Shown in pieces: positions 14,842 through 39,470 of a stretch of DNA of 64,000 nucleotides; positions within the stretch are counted from its first letter, which is position 1, and every line of letters starts with the position of its first letter. This stretch comes from the human T2T-CHM13v2.0 reference genome, Homo sapiens: NCBI RefSeq assembly GCF_009914755.1, contig NC_060925.1. One strand, written 5' to 3'. A model generated the notes under the pieces. It was not told the origin of the DNA. It did no database searches and was given only the letters and a program-made list of their open reading frames with translations. The translations under genes and the position numbers were made by a program.

Positions 14842-17800
14842 TCAGAAAGACACAGTTACTGGGACAGTAAAAAACAAAACAAAACAAAACCCCACAAAAA
14901 ACTGAGAGAGACACCCAGGTTTACAAATATGGTGTCTTAAAAATAGATGGAAAATGCATGAAGAGCAAGGCATCTACTGAGAGATCTGGAAACAGACACA
15001 CCTCGAGATACATCATACAAAGGCAGTCATGGGACAAGGAGAGAACACTTTCACAAAACCAGGAAGAGATAGACAGACAACAAGGGAAAAAAAGCACATG
15101 GGATTGAAGCAGATTTTGTGGGATGACCTTAAGCTGCACCTGTTTTCTTTGGCTGTGGTTATTAAAATAATATGACCTGCTGACATACAAGAACTTTCCA
15201 AAATTTTATGCTATAGCCAAGAGTGAGTTTTAAATGCCCTGCCTTGTGCTATCTCACATCAGAACATGCTTAGATGCCTCCCAGACTTGCAAGTTTTTAA
15301 AGTTTCAAAAAGAGAGTGATGGCGATGTGTTATGGGAAGGATACTGGCCAAGGAGGAAGGAAATCTCAGTTTTGGTTTCGGTCTGACAGGGGTCAGTTGT
15401 CAAGCCACTTCTCTTCCCTAAACTTGTTTCCTCATAGCAAAGTGAGGTAATTGGGCTAGATTATATCTAACTCTTTCCATCTTAAATATTCTCTAATTCT
15501 GAATGTTGCCTTCCAGTGGTAGTTTCTAGATATTGCAGAATGTAGTAGCCTTTGTCTTCTAAAAATCCTAATGAAGGCAGCTTTTGGGAGCCAAAAGGAT
15601 TTTCTAGCAGAGCTAGCAAATTATACTTCTAAGAGTTAAAAGTTAATTATAAAAACTAAATTCATGCTTCTGCTCATGTGCAAAATCTTCAGAATCTACC
15701 AGAACAATACAAGGTAACACCAAAAAGAAAACTTAGTTTTTGAAAAAGTTTTTGAAAAAGAAGTGGAAATACTGTTTTGTGTTGTTCTGTTTTTAATCCG
15801 TGCCATCCCACTGGAGAAGAGAGAAAGGTTGGCAACATCATTGGGAGTATGAGCAGAGCTCAGAACCATCCCTAGAGACTCAGTCCTTGTCCCTTTCACC
15901 AATATTTTGTTATTGTGGCTTTAAGCACTTTTTGGTTTGAAAATACACGCGTGATCTATATATGTTCTTGTTGCAAATAAGTGAAACAATTCGGACGTAA
16001 ATAAAATAAAAGTAACAGTGAGATTTAATGACTCCCTCCCCCAATTTCACTCCCTTCCTCAGAGGTAACCCCTTAGAAGCTTGTAGTATATCTTTCCAGA
16101 ACTTTCCCCATACACTTATATTCATATAAGCACACATCCACCTTTATGTATTTATATTTTGCTCATTTCTGTAGTTATTGTTAGCATATTACATAATGCA
16201 TATTCTTCTGCAACTTCCTTTTTTATAATGATTCCACATATACATAAACACCATGTTGTTTCACCATGTTGGCCAGCTGGTCTCGAACAACTGCAAACTC
16301 CACTCAACATCTTTCACATTTCACATTAAATGGGAGGAGAAATGCTTAAAAAATGTATTTGAGGGTGTGTGGAAAGGAAGAAATGGTATTACTTTGACTT
16401 TCTTTTTTTTTTAAAAGATTTGGGTCATTTTGGCCACCAAAACAGGAACTTTATCCTGTATGGGCAGTTGCCTACTGCACAGCCATTTCTTCCCTTCTTC
16501 TTTGCTAACGGAACTTGATTTCGTTTAGCAATGTTGTGGTCATGAGCTGTAGAGAAGCCTAGACCTTTTCCAGCCTCAGTGTGTGAACTTTCGGTTAGTC
16601 TAAACCAGTGGTTCTCAAATTTGAGCTACATCAGAGCCATTTGGAGGGCTTGTTAAAAACACAACTTGGTGAGCTCTACTCTACCCTCCGAGTTTCTGAT
16701 TCTGGTGGGGCTTGAGAATGTGCATTTCTAATAAGTTTCCAGGTAATGCTGATCTTGGTACAAGGACCACACTTTGAGAACTGCTGCTCTAAGCCAATTA
16801 TGGTGTTCTATTGTCTTGCCATGCTTAGGACTAAGCATATGATACAGTTCTGGACAATTAATCCTCAGGGATAATCTGCTAGAGGGATTCTGGGACTCAG
16901 GAAGTAACGAGTTCTTTCTCAGTCTTTGGACATGGTGATGCTTAAAGATGTGATGCTGGGAGCTACTACGGCAGCCAACTTGCTTCCAGAGAAGACTGGC
17001 TGACATGCTGAGAGTAGCAAAGCAAAGAGAGGGAAGAATCTGGGTTACTGATGACATTATTGTAGATTAAACAGCTCTGGAGCTGCCCTAACTTCAAGAA
17101 ACTTAATATGTGAGATAGTAAAACATTTATTATTATTTAAGCCATTTGAGCAGAATTTTCTGTACTTGCTTCAGAAAGCCACCTAACTGATTCATTCATA
17201 CCCTTCTCTCTCAGTGCTCAGAGAGACTCCAGCTGATGTAGCAGCAGAGCAATTTACTTGAAGCATGATTTTGGATATTTTAGGTTGTTTCTAATTTTCA
17301 TTATCATTCAGTAGCTCTGCAAAGAGTAACAATGCTTTTGTATATTTTGGGATATTTCCAAAGGTCATTTTCCCAGAAGCAAAATTACAATGTCATAAGT
17401 ATATGAATTTCCAAGGTTTTGATAGTTTTTCCAAATCTCTTTCCAAAACAATTGTTTTAATTTCTACCCTATTCAGAAATATATGCAAGTTCATTTAATC
17501 ACGTCCTTTTTTCTTAATTGTGGGCAATTTCATAGCTGAGAAATGGGGTCTCATAATTTTTATTTGCATTTATTTGATTACTAGTGTGGAGTCAACATTT
17601 ACCATGTGTCTGTCAACCAGTTGCATTTCCTCTTTCATGTTGCTATTAGATGGAAAGCACTTAGCACCATGTCTGGCCCTCTTGGATATTTATTTTTTGT
17701 TTAACTAAATGTTTTTGGGTTTCTCTATTGATATCCCTGCCTTTGCCTATTTATCAAAACTCTATGTTCTTCTCATTAATTTCTTATGTAATAAAAATAC

Positions 17801-17919
17801 CCCTTTGCAGGGAGACATGAATTTTTACACATTTTTTTTTCAGTTTGCAGTTAGTAGTTTGTTTTTGGTTGGTTTTAGTTTTGTATCATTCCGAAATTTA
17901 AAAGTTTCATGAAGTTCTT

Positions 17920-22845
<4,926 letters not shown>

Positions 22846-24212
22846 AAAAAAAAGTTTTGAAGTGGAAATGCCTAGTAGGTAGCTATCATTATATTATATA
22901 TATTATATATGATAAATATATTAATGTATCTTTCTAGAGTTAAGTAGAAAAGTGTTGGCCGGAGATAAAGACTGAGGAGTCATCAGCATATAGGGAGTGA
23001 AGCAAGGCTCTCATTCTCAGCATTATTGACACAGGGGGCCAGATAATTCTTTGTTGTGGGGGGCTATGCTCTCCACTGGAGGACATTTAGCAGCTTTCTT
23101 GGCCTCCACTCAATAGATGCCAGGGGAAGCCCTCTCCAGTTGTAATAGCCAAAAGTGTCTCCAAACATTGGCAAATGTCCCCTGGGAGCGGGGGGCAAAA
23201 CCAACTCTGTTGAGAACCACTGGTGTAGAGGAAGCCAAGAATGTAGATAAAATCATTTAGAAGTAGTAAGACATATACAGGATCACGTTTCTTAGCCCTT
23301 TAAAGTTCATTTTCAACCTCTTTGAACATAAACATACTTTGTTTAATTTTATCTTAATTTTCATATCTAGTTTGTCAAGTTTACAAGTATTAAATTGTAT
23401 TATAATGCTAAAAAGGCTTTTAAAATTACACCTCTACCTCTCCTTCCCCCTCCAGTTCTGATGCACCCTTTGAGGGGGTCTCTTCTCACTTAGAAAATTA
23501 TTGATAGAGAATTATGTAGAGGACAGAAAGCTGAACAAACACCAATATTTAATGGACAGGTGAAGACAGAGGAGTGTTCAGGGAGAGTAAGGGGAGTCAT
23601 CAGAGGGACACCAGGAGGGGAACCCTGGTAAGTCGTGATGAAACAGATGGTGAATGACTTCAGAGTATTTTGGCCCTGCAAACTGCAAGGGTACATTGTA
23701 AAAGACTGCATAGTGCCCCTGGGGTTCATAAATCACTTCTTAGAGAAGTGAGAGAATTCTGAGTTCTCCCTGGGCTTAGAGTAAAAAAGGCATTTCCAGT
23801 GATAGGGCCCAATGCAACATTTAGGACAACTCGGGGAAGAAAACTTTGAGATTCAGAAAGAAAAATGACTTCTTCTGCCAAGGGAGAGATAAGGAAAACT
23901 GCAGATGAGGAGATGGCCTGAGGTTTTGGTCTTGAAGGGAAGATCAGAAAACAAGGTCTGGGTTCCCGTTTATTTTGGAAGCAAAGTATTATCGTGCATT
24001 AGAAACTAGGCTCTGTACTCTTCTTTTGCTTATCTTCATATCTTAGAAAACTTTTCTTTTAAAATCTTCCAGCCAGTTTAGTTGGCCAAGAGAAAGATTT
24101 AGATATTTTGACATTTCTGCCAATATAACTTCTGATTATCTCCTTTGTGGCTGGCTAGAGTGGTGGCACTGGCATCCTAGCTCTCCAATCAAAATTTTTA
24201 AAATAAAGATCT

Positions 24213-24536
<324 letters not shown>

Positions 24537-24591
24537 TTAATAATGCTCTATTTATCTGTGATTTTCAGCAGTTTAAATATGATATGTTTAG

Positions 24592-24594
<3 letters not shown>

Positions 24595-24628
<34 letters not shown>
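24595..24628 (+). repeat. (TG)n microsatellite within an old L1-like segment
   Basis: About 17 consecutive TG units. Confidence 0.95.
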
Positions 24629-24631
<3 letters not shown>

Positions 24632-25607
24632 TTTAGTCTGCCTATGCTTCTTTGTCCTTCTTGGATTTGTGGTTTGATAACTTCCATTATTTTTGAAAAA
24701 TTGTTGGCCATTTTCTCTTTAAATGTTTCCTCTCTCCCATTCTTTCTCTATTCTCTGGGATTTCAATTACATATATGTTAGGCCAGTTTACATTGTCCCA
24801 CAGTTCTTGGGTGTTCTGTTCTATTTTCTTTTTTTTTATTCCTTGAATTTCAGTTTGGGTAATTTCTATGAACCCATTTTCAAAGTACTGATTTTTTTTT
24901 TCTCAGCTGTATGGCATCTACTGATGACCCTGCCTAATACATTCTTCTTCTCTTTTACTCTGTTTCAAAATTTGCTAATATTTCCATTTGACTCTTCGTA
25001 TAGTTTCTATCTTTCTGCTGAAATTCCCCATCTGTTTATGTATGTTGTCTACCTTTTCCACTAGAGCCTTTAACATGTTAAATATGGTTGTAATTAATGG
25101 TTTGATTTTAAAATTCCCTATTTGATAGTACCAACATCTGAATCATCTTTTAGCAGTTTCTATTGCTTGCATTGTCTGTTGACAGGATTTTTAAACCTTG
25201 CTTTTCTGTGTTGGCTCATTGTTTTTATTGAATTCTGGACATTATATGTGGGACAGTAGGAACTGAGGTAAATTGCATTTATGATTAGAAATGAGAACCC
25301 GTCTTATTCTGGTAAGCTCTTAGTGTGGGCCAATCTAGTCAAGAGTTGAGCTGGGTTCGGGTTTTATTATTGCCATAGTTACCTTCAAATTCTTCTAGTG
25401 TTATCTTGTGCTTGGGTGGAGGCAGCATTTCAGTAGACCAAGAGCCGCCGGTACTCCTGGATGGTATTTTCTCAATTTTCCTGCACTACCCCAACTTTAG
25501 GACTTTCTAAAGTATGTGCCTGCACCTCAGAGATTCTCTCTTCAGTGGCAGAGTACTTTTGCTTCTTATTCAGTACTTGCTAGCCTGGGAGGTAGGGCAG
25601 AGATTTA

Positions 25608-26743
<1,136 letters not shown>

Positions 26744-28353
26744 GCTGTTCTAGTCCCGCCTCAGTTTTAGTCGGGCCTTCTGTCCCTGGATCTTGAGGAT
26801 AGGGCTTTTTCAGTGATCCTAGATCTCACTCAATGGTAGAAGACCTGTAATCATCTAGGCTCGGGATGGTTTCCAGCCCCTTCCCCAAGGGTAGAGAGTT
26901 GTTTTTTGTTGTTGTTGTTGTTGTTGTTTTTTCCTGTTCCTTTCCTCCAGGTGTAATGGGCTCTTTTCCTCTGCTCTGTGCCCTGGGCCCTTATTCTAGT
27001 GATTTAAGACATTTGTTCCTTAGAAAAAAGGATTCAGGTGGGCTTCATGCCTTTCCCAGAATGATGGCTGCTCCATTACCTAGGTATGTATTCCCTGGCC
27101 ACAAGCTTTTCATGAGCTCTGGTGGAGGCCCATGAAGATGCTTCAAATGCGTAGGAATGGCCCTTGTATCATGAGCTCTCAGTTCTTGGCCACATCTGGC
27201 TTTCAGCGATTTATTAAAAATTTTAGCTGAATTCTTCTAACCCATTTGAATGGTAGCCCTGCCTTCCTTCCACGCTGTCTTACAGGTGAGCCTGTGCTCA
27301 TATCCTAGCCCTCTTTAGAAACACCTGTCTTTTCTTAGATTTCAGGGTACTTGGTTGCCTCACTACCTCAGCACTCTGATGGGTTCAAGAAAAGTTATCA
27401 CTTTGTGTATTATCTGTTTTTTTTCAGGTGTTTCTAATTAATACAGGTTTTTTTTGGGGGGTGTTTCTAATGAAAACATTTTAATGAGGCTGGTTTTCAC
27501 AGCTGTTGTTATACCACAAATCAAAATGGCCAAGTCCAAAATGAAAAATCACCAGAATGGCAGGGCATAATGAATTTAAGCACAGAAATTAGATGAAGTT
27601 ATCTGTTTCTCACATGACTTGATAATCTAAAAAGCAGAAAGTAAAATGGTATGTTTTAAAAGTTATCATCAAAAGTGTCCTTGAGGTCGGCACTGACTGT
27701 GTCCTGATGGCCATGCAGGCAGGAGTTGTGCTATGTAGGTAGGCTCTGCTATTTGCTCTTCACACCTCTGGTTAGTTTACAATCTCTCCTTGTTCTAAGT
27801 TTTCACGAAAGCCTGATACTGGCTTTTGTTTTCCTTGAGGCTATGTTGTTTCTCATATAAACATGATTTCCATTTTATGACTGTCCTAACCCTTCATGGT
27901 GCAAGCCTGTTTCTCTGAGCTACTATATTCTTCATATATTTATGTTATTACTTCTTACTATTCAGAAGTACCTTAATATTCAGAACTACCCTTCAAATTG
28001 GAGGGCTCTTTTCTGACCATATTCTCAGCTGTTGGACAGGGGACAGGGACCGATCATGCTGGGTGGTTGGAAAAGCCTATGGGAGGCCAAGTAGGGGAGA
28101 CCTACTGCCAGGACTATCACTCCAAGCTCGATTCTTGGGCCTTCCACCTTCACATTCTAGAGGAAAGCATATTGCCACTCATCCAAGTTGTGTGCTGTGA
28201 TTGCTAGTGAAATCTGATCAGCTCCAGGGGCTCTCAGCTCTTGGCTGTCAATGCAGGGTGATAGTGGGCTACAGGGGGAGGAGGTAAAGAAGAGAGATTA
28301 TGCAGATATGTCTGAAATCACAATCTTTCTGATTAGATATTTTGGCTCTATAA

Positions 28354-32448
<4,095 letters not shown>

Positions 32449-33163
32449 CAAGAATTTTCCTTTCTGACTGACATATTTCAGTTTTAATAAATAGTGTGCC
32501 CCTCTATTTTAACCATTTTGTTTTAGAAATATCTCCTTGTATTTTGTGCTTTCCCTTTCCCAGCCGTGATGGGAAAAAGAGACTCATTTCTGTTTTGATT
32601 TAGTGTCCTTGGAAATGCCCTACCTGATTCTGTGTCTATCTCCTTTAATAAGTCATCTAAAAGACATTGTCTGGTTCTTTTGTCTCAGTCAAATGTCTAG
32701 TAGTGGTATTTGGATCCTGAGACAATTCAGGGAAGTAGCATGTGCACTGTGTAGGACTTCCTGATCATTTTTAAATCGTGGCACAGAGAAAACCACACAA
32801 GTAAAGTTATAAACAAATGAGGCTGCTTACAGCCAGGGGCAACTGGCCCTACCTGGCTATTCCTAGGCCTGAGAGCCACTCATTAGTTCTGTGTGCTGGT
32901 TACTCATACAAGGCATGTAGGTGGTCCCTGCATACTGTTTGTGAAGCTCATTTAGTGTTGTAGAAAACCTAAGTCTTTAGCGTCAGGCAGACTTGGTTTC
33001 ATATTCTGACTCCACCACTTATTAACCATGTAGCTTTGGACAAATCATTTTAACTTCTCTGAATCTAAGTTCTTCATGTGCAAATGAGGGTGATAATACT
33101 TATCTTCTGGGATTGTTGAAAATTAGAAATAATGTGAGTCTAGTGCCTCCTCCATAGTAATAA

Positions 33164-33737
33164 TGTGAAAGGAAAATAAAAACTCAGGATTCCAATACAC
33201 TGTGCCAAAAGAAAAAACAAATTAAACTGAAAGCTGAGTCGTGCAAGATACTGACTTTCCGTTGGATCCTAAGCAGATAGCTACAGAGAAAAGATTAAAA
33301 ATCTCCGTAGATGGCCAGGTGTGTTGGCTCATGCCTGTAATCCCAGCGCTTTGTGAGGCCAAGGTGGGTGGATCACTTGAGGTCAGGAGTTCAAGACCAG
33401 GCTGTCCAACATGGCAAAACCTCAGTTCTACTAAAAATACAAAAAAAAAAAAAGAAAGAAAGAAATTAGCAGGGCGTGGTGGCAGATGCTTGTAATTCCA
33501 GCTGCTTGGGAGGAGGAAGCAGGAGAATCGCTTGAACCCGGGAGGCGGAGGTTGTAGTGAACCGAGGTCACACCTCTGCACTCCCGCCTGGGCGACAGAG
33601 TGAGACTCTGGCAAGAAAGAAAGTAAAGTAAAGTAAAGTAAAAAGAAAGAGAGACTCTGGCAAGTAAGAAAGAAAGAAAAAGAAAGAGAAAGAAAGAAAG
33701 GAAGAAAGAAAGAAAGAAGGAAGGAAGGAAGAAAGGA

Positions 33738-33792
<55 letters not shown>

Positions 33793-34157
33793 GAAGGAAG
33801 GAAGCAAGAAAGGAAGAAAGAGAGAGAAAGAAAGAAAGGAAAAACTCCACAGGTTACTCGTTTCTACCTTATCTTACATGAAGTGCCAATTTACCGAGAG
33901 CAAGACAGCACATAATTGACTATTCCCCTACCTGCTACTTTTCCCTTACAACACGTGGATTACCATACTCTTCCTCTTTCCCCTCCAGCCTGCTTTTCCT
34001 CTAAATATTGAAACCCTCAAATTCATCTTTGGAGAAAGTCACAGACCACATACTGTTTCTGTGATTCTGTGTTGTTTTCTTCCAGGCATGTCCTTAACCT
34101 TGGCAAAATAAACTTCTAAATTAATTGCCACCTGTCTCAGATACCCTTGGTTTTACA
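33164..34157 (+). mobile_element. MER4-group ERV1 solo LTR with a nested Alu (33313-33612), about 1.6 kb upstream of the FCGR2C ATG
   Basis: TGTGAAAGGAAAATAAA start; AATAAACTTCTAAA and ...TTTTACA end; flanks ATAA/GTAA resemble a 4-bp target-site duplication. Confidence 0.7.
33613..33842 (+). repeat. Complex (AAAG/GAAG/AAAGT)n tetranucleotide repeat grown from an Alu tail
   Basis: About 230 nt of nearly pure purine repeat. Confidence 0.95.
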
Positions 34158-35299
34158 GTAAGAATTCACATGCTTACATAGTAACTATTAATTTTGGTTT
34201 CTTAGTGTGTTACCTATATATTGTATGCCTTTGTTTCTAATGATATTTATAAAGTATTGATGCCAGCTCATTGTTATCACATTGCCAGTTAAAAAAAAAA
34301 CTAATTTTTAACCTAAAAATTAGATAAGAGCTGGAGATGGATCTGGGGGTAGAACGGGGGCAGTAGTAAAAGCACGCGTCAGAGTGGGTGGGGCTGTCGA
34401 AGGTTTCTGAAGACCACAGAGTGTGATAACAAGGTTTTACAGTGTCATTTCCTTAAGTATTAAAGTATTACAGCCTGCTTCCTGAGAAGGCATTTGGGAA
34501 AGAGTCCCCAGAAAGGGGCCCCAGGAGAGATTCCAGAGAAACTCGTGTTTTGGAGATGTTGAGGGTGAACAAATGGTAATGAGGATGATGACAGAACGCA
34601 AGAAAAGAGAACTAGCATTCACCGGACACCCACGATGTACCAAGCACTTTGCTAACCCTCATATTCTCTTTTACTTTCCAAAAACCTGTAGTACTGTGGT
34701 TCTCAGCCAGGGGCAATTCATCCCCTGGGGAACACTTGCTAATATCTGGGGGCATATTTGTTTTCACAACTGGGAGTGCCACTGGCATCTAACAGGTAGA
34801 GCCCAGGAGTGCTGCGGAACATCCTACAATGCTCAGGGAAGGTCCTCACAAGAATAATTTGGCCCACAATGTCCATAGTGCTCAGGCTGAGAAACCGTGC
34901 TTAAATGGTAGGCACAATAATCTTCACTTTTACAGATTGGAACCTGACACTCTGAGAAGCCACCTGGCATTCAACCCGAAACCTAACACAGCTCCAAAGC
35001 CCATGCTCTTTCACCATGCCGTTGCAGTGAGAACAGGGATGGAAATGAGGGTGGCAAAAATGACCAAGATACAAAACCAGGGCACAGATTGGTGCTCAAT
35101 AGATACTTATTGGGATATTCATTAAATAGAAGAATGAATAAGAAAAAGAATGAATGAGGGCAGGGGAATAATGAGGATGAGTGTGGTCATTCTATTGCCA
35201 TCCTGACATACCTCCTTGTCCTTGTTCCACAACTCAGCAGTGAGTCTGGGATTATGACAATAGAGAAAATTAAATGATGGTAGGTGGCCTGGAGTCCCC

Positions 35300-35775
35300 A
35301 TGCTCAATTTCAAGAAGCATCCAGATTCCAGGGCCTGGGTCTCCAAATGGAAGTAGAAGTACTAGAAGATTGCTGGTGCACGCTGTCCTGCATCACCCTT
35401 TCTCAGGAGGATAGAGACTGAAACAGGAGGTTCTGAGCTGAGTTTTGGTGACCATTTCCCTCTTTCTCCCAGAGGCCCAGGCCAGCTGTGGCCTCAGAGG
35501 AAGAAGAAGGGAGTTGTTTCCCTAGTTTCTAAAATTTCTGTGAATTTGAACATGGGCTACACCAGATTTATTCTGGGAAGCTCTGAATCTTCTAGGAGGG
35601 AAAGACTGAGAGGAAAGAGGGTGGAAAGGGAGGAGCCTGTGATAAAACAGAACATTTCTTTTTCACTTCCCCTTTCAGACTCCAGAATTTGTTTGCCCTC
35701 TAGGGTAGAATCCGCCAAGCTTTGAGAGAAGGCTGTGACTGCTGTGCTCTGGGCGCCAGCTCGCTCCAGGGAGTG
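35300..35775 (+). promoter_or_regulatory. FCGR2B/FCGR2C-type promoter, haplotype 2B.1 (-386G, -120T)
   Basis: Counting from ATG 35776: -386 = 35390 = G (GTCCTGCATC); -120 = 35656 = T (AACATTTCTT). GATA site TGATAA at about 35640; several GAGGAA Ets/PU.1-like motifs. Confidence 0.8.
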
Positions 35776-35887
35776 ATGGGAATCCTGTCATTCTTACCTG
35801 TCCTTGCCACTGAGAGTGACTGGGCTGACTGCAAGTCCCCCCAGCCTTGGGGTCATATGCTTCTGTGGACAGCTGTGCTATTCCTGG
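35776..35887 (+). CDS. FCGR2C: FCGR2C exon 1 (S1), MGILSFLPVLATESDWADCKSPQPWGHMLLWTAVLFL
   Basis: ATG 35776; donor G|gtgagt at 35888; FCGR2B/2C-type leader. Confidence 0.95.
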
Positions 35888-38800
35888 GTGAGTCAGGGCC
35901 CCCAGGAGGGAGAGAGGAACGGGAACCTCAGTTGGGGATAACCCTGGGCAAGGATGAGGGGTGGCATGGGAAGACCGTCAGGACACCCAGGGGAGGGAAG
36001 GCAGGCTGGTGAAGATGAAACCCTGATGACTCTGCTGGCTTTGGAAAGTCATCCAATGTGGCAGAGTTCAGGGTTTTTTCAGTGTCTTTCACCCAATCTT
36101 ACTGAACACCCAGACTCTTGATGTTCTGTTGCTTTCCACATCAGAACCCGCTCTGAGAAAAGTCTAGTAACCTATACTTGAATGATAAATGAATGGCCAG
36201 AGTGTTTGCCTTCTTTGAAATTTATGCTTCACAAAAGACCAAATCTTAGGCAGGAGGGCCAGTGCTGCCTTGGGTAAGGGGTAGGGAGGAAGTTGTAAGA
36301 TGCATTTTTGGGAGGAGGTGGCAGTGGCCATTCTCTGTGCCCCTGAAACCACTTTGTGTAGCAGAAGCCTATTGTCTTCATGTGTAAGAATATTCCCCTA
36401 GGCAGAAGCACAGGGAGATCTGGGTTATCCAGGGAAAAGGGACTCTGAGAATACAAAAACCTGGGTAAGTCTGGAGTCATCTGTTGTGGGACCAGAGAAA
36501 TCATGCATGCTGCTTTTGACCACACAGACCATGATGGGGAAGTACTGCATCTGATCAGCAAGAGAGACAGGGTCTTTGGCCAAAATGGAGGGCTCTTTTC
36601 TAACCATGTTCTCAGCTGTTGGATAGGGGACGACGACTGATTTTGCTGAGTGGTTTGAAAAGCCTAGGGGAGGCCAAGTAGGGGAGACTTACTGCCAGGA
36701 CTATCTCTCCAAGCTCAGTTCCTGGGGCTTCCACCCTCACATTCTAGAGGAAAGCATATTGCCACTCAGCCAAGTTGTGTGATGTGATTACTAGTGAAAC
36801 GTGATCAGCTCTGGGGGCCCTCGGCTCTTGGCTGTCAATGCAGGATGATACTGGGCTACAGGAGAAAGAGGTAAGGAAGACAGAGTATTCCCCCATGAAT
36901 AGGATGGAATGGATTAAAGTAGAAGAGAAAGTGAAGTGAACTACCTCATTTGTCATGTGGGGAAGTTCAGGCCTAGAGAGGTGATGTGCTTCTCTACCAC
37001 CTGGGCAAGACTCCTGGGAAAGATCTTTGGTATTTTTTCCCATTTGCCTTTTACTAAGTCATCAAAGATTTACCCCATTTTTTCCATTCTTATTGGGGCT
37101 GCCACATTTACGTCTTCATCACTTGATAACTCAATTTTTATAGCACCCTCTGATGGGGTCTTGATTGATCCTGTCTCCCCTCCCCTGCATCCATGCTGCC
37201 CACCAAGGCCACGGCATCTTCAGGTCCAGCTATGGCTGTGTCAGTGCATTTAATAAATGCCTTCCGTGCTGCTCCATTGCCCACTGCAAAAACTCTAATT
37301 CTGCCCTGCACACTGTGTTCTCCATTGCACCCCACATGAATCTTCTTCTACAGCCAGGCAGTATGTACACTGCACTTTCTGTTTTTACCACCTTTGCTCC
37401 TGCTGACTCTCCAAATTCTATGTGCAGGCACTGTTCTAGGACTTGGAGACTTATCAGTGAACATGACTGACAGCCTTCCTGACCGGAAATACGAGGTCAA
37501 TGAACTTATTGTGAAGCAATAAGTACACCGGGTGGGAGGATATTTGGTATTTACTACTATTTATTAACTGTGGAATGGATACATAATTGGTGACTTCTCT
37601 CTCCTTTCCTCATCTTTTCCTTTTTTTTCTCTCGCTCTTCCTCTTCTTTTTTACTCTCTCTCCCACTACACCGTCCCCCTTGCCAATCTTACATACTCAG
37701 GTTTTTAGCTACCACTTCTATGTCAATAACTCCTAAACCTATTTCTCTTGCTTGCTTCTGTCAAGTATAATTTTATATTTCCACTGCTGGTTGGACACCT
37801 CTAAAATGATTCTCCAGCTCAAAACAAAGCATATTCAAAATGCAACTTATCATCTCCTCCTTACAAATGTTCTCTTCCTCCTAACATTTGTATTTGCGTA
37901 AGCGCAGCCACCCTTTTCCTAGTTATCCAACTTAAATCACCCCCACAGTCTATTAAATGCCAACTTCTCTCTGCCACTTAAATTTCTTCTGCATCTGTTT
38001 CCTCTTCTTCACCTCCTATTGTCAGTACAACTTTGGGCTCTCTTATCTCCCACCTAGATTCAACCAGTGAATGATTTCCAGAGCAATGGCACATCAAATT
38101 AATATGGCTACTGCTCTCTTTGAATTTATATTCTACTGAGGGATATAAACGGTAAGTAAACAAACAAGAAGGCATAAGTACAAATGGAAAAGGGCTATGA
38201 AGATGTAAACGGGGTACTGTGATAAGATTAGTTGTGGGGAAGAGAAGAGAGCAGCCCACTTTAAACAGGATGTTATGTAAAGAGTTTTCTGAGGGGGTGA
38301 CATTTAAGCTGAGACTTTCAACATGGTAAGGATTCAGCCATTTGGTGATCAAGGACGCATTTCAGGGTAGAGGGATTGGCATACAGAAAATCCCCAAATT
38401 TGAAGAATGCCAGGAAGGCCAGTGTTAATGAGGCTCAATGAGTAGGTGAAAAGGGATCTGAGCTGAGGCTGGAGAAGGAAGCACGGACCCAATTTGATAG
38501 GGCTTGCAGGCCATTTCCATTTTATTTTAAGACCAAAGAAAGGCAACTGAAGGCTTGTAAGTTGGGGAGTGATATCATCTGATTTCGTTTTTTTTTTTTT
38601 TTTAAGGAACTAGCTTCTTTATGGAAAATGGATTGTAGGGTGACCATAAGAAGTGAGGGGACAAATTAAGATATGGGAAAAAGCTGATGGTGACTTAAAC
38701 TGAGTAGTGTCTATAAAGGGGGTGAAGAGAAGTTAGTGGGTGCAAGATCTAAGTTGGAAGCAGGATCAACAAGACTTCCTGGTGTGGAAGGGACTGGATT

Positions 38801-39039
38801 TTGGGAGACAGAGAGGTTAAAAGATGGCTTGCAGGTTTCTGGCCTATGTAGCTGGGTGGATAACGAAGATACATATTGACATGGGGAAGACGGAGAGAAA
38901 CAGAATGTGTCCACTTGCTATGACAACATGAAGCCATTGGTGATTTTGACAAGAAAAGTTTTAGTGGACTGCTGAGGGCCGAGTCCAAATTGCAGAGAAT
39001 TAGACAGTGAATGAGAGGAGAAGAAATCAGGACAGCCTA

Positions 39040-39470
<431 letters not shown>

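Noticed and set aside
33431-33850. F/L/S-rich ORFs of 139 and 79 aa
   Set aside because: Translations of the (CTTT)n microsatellite.
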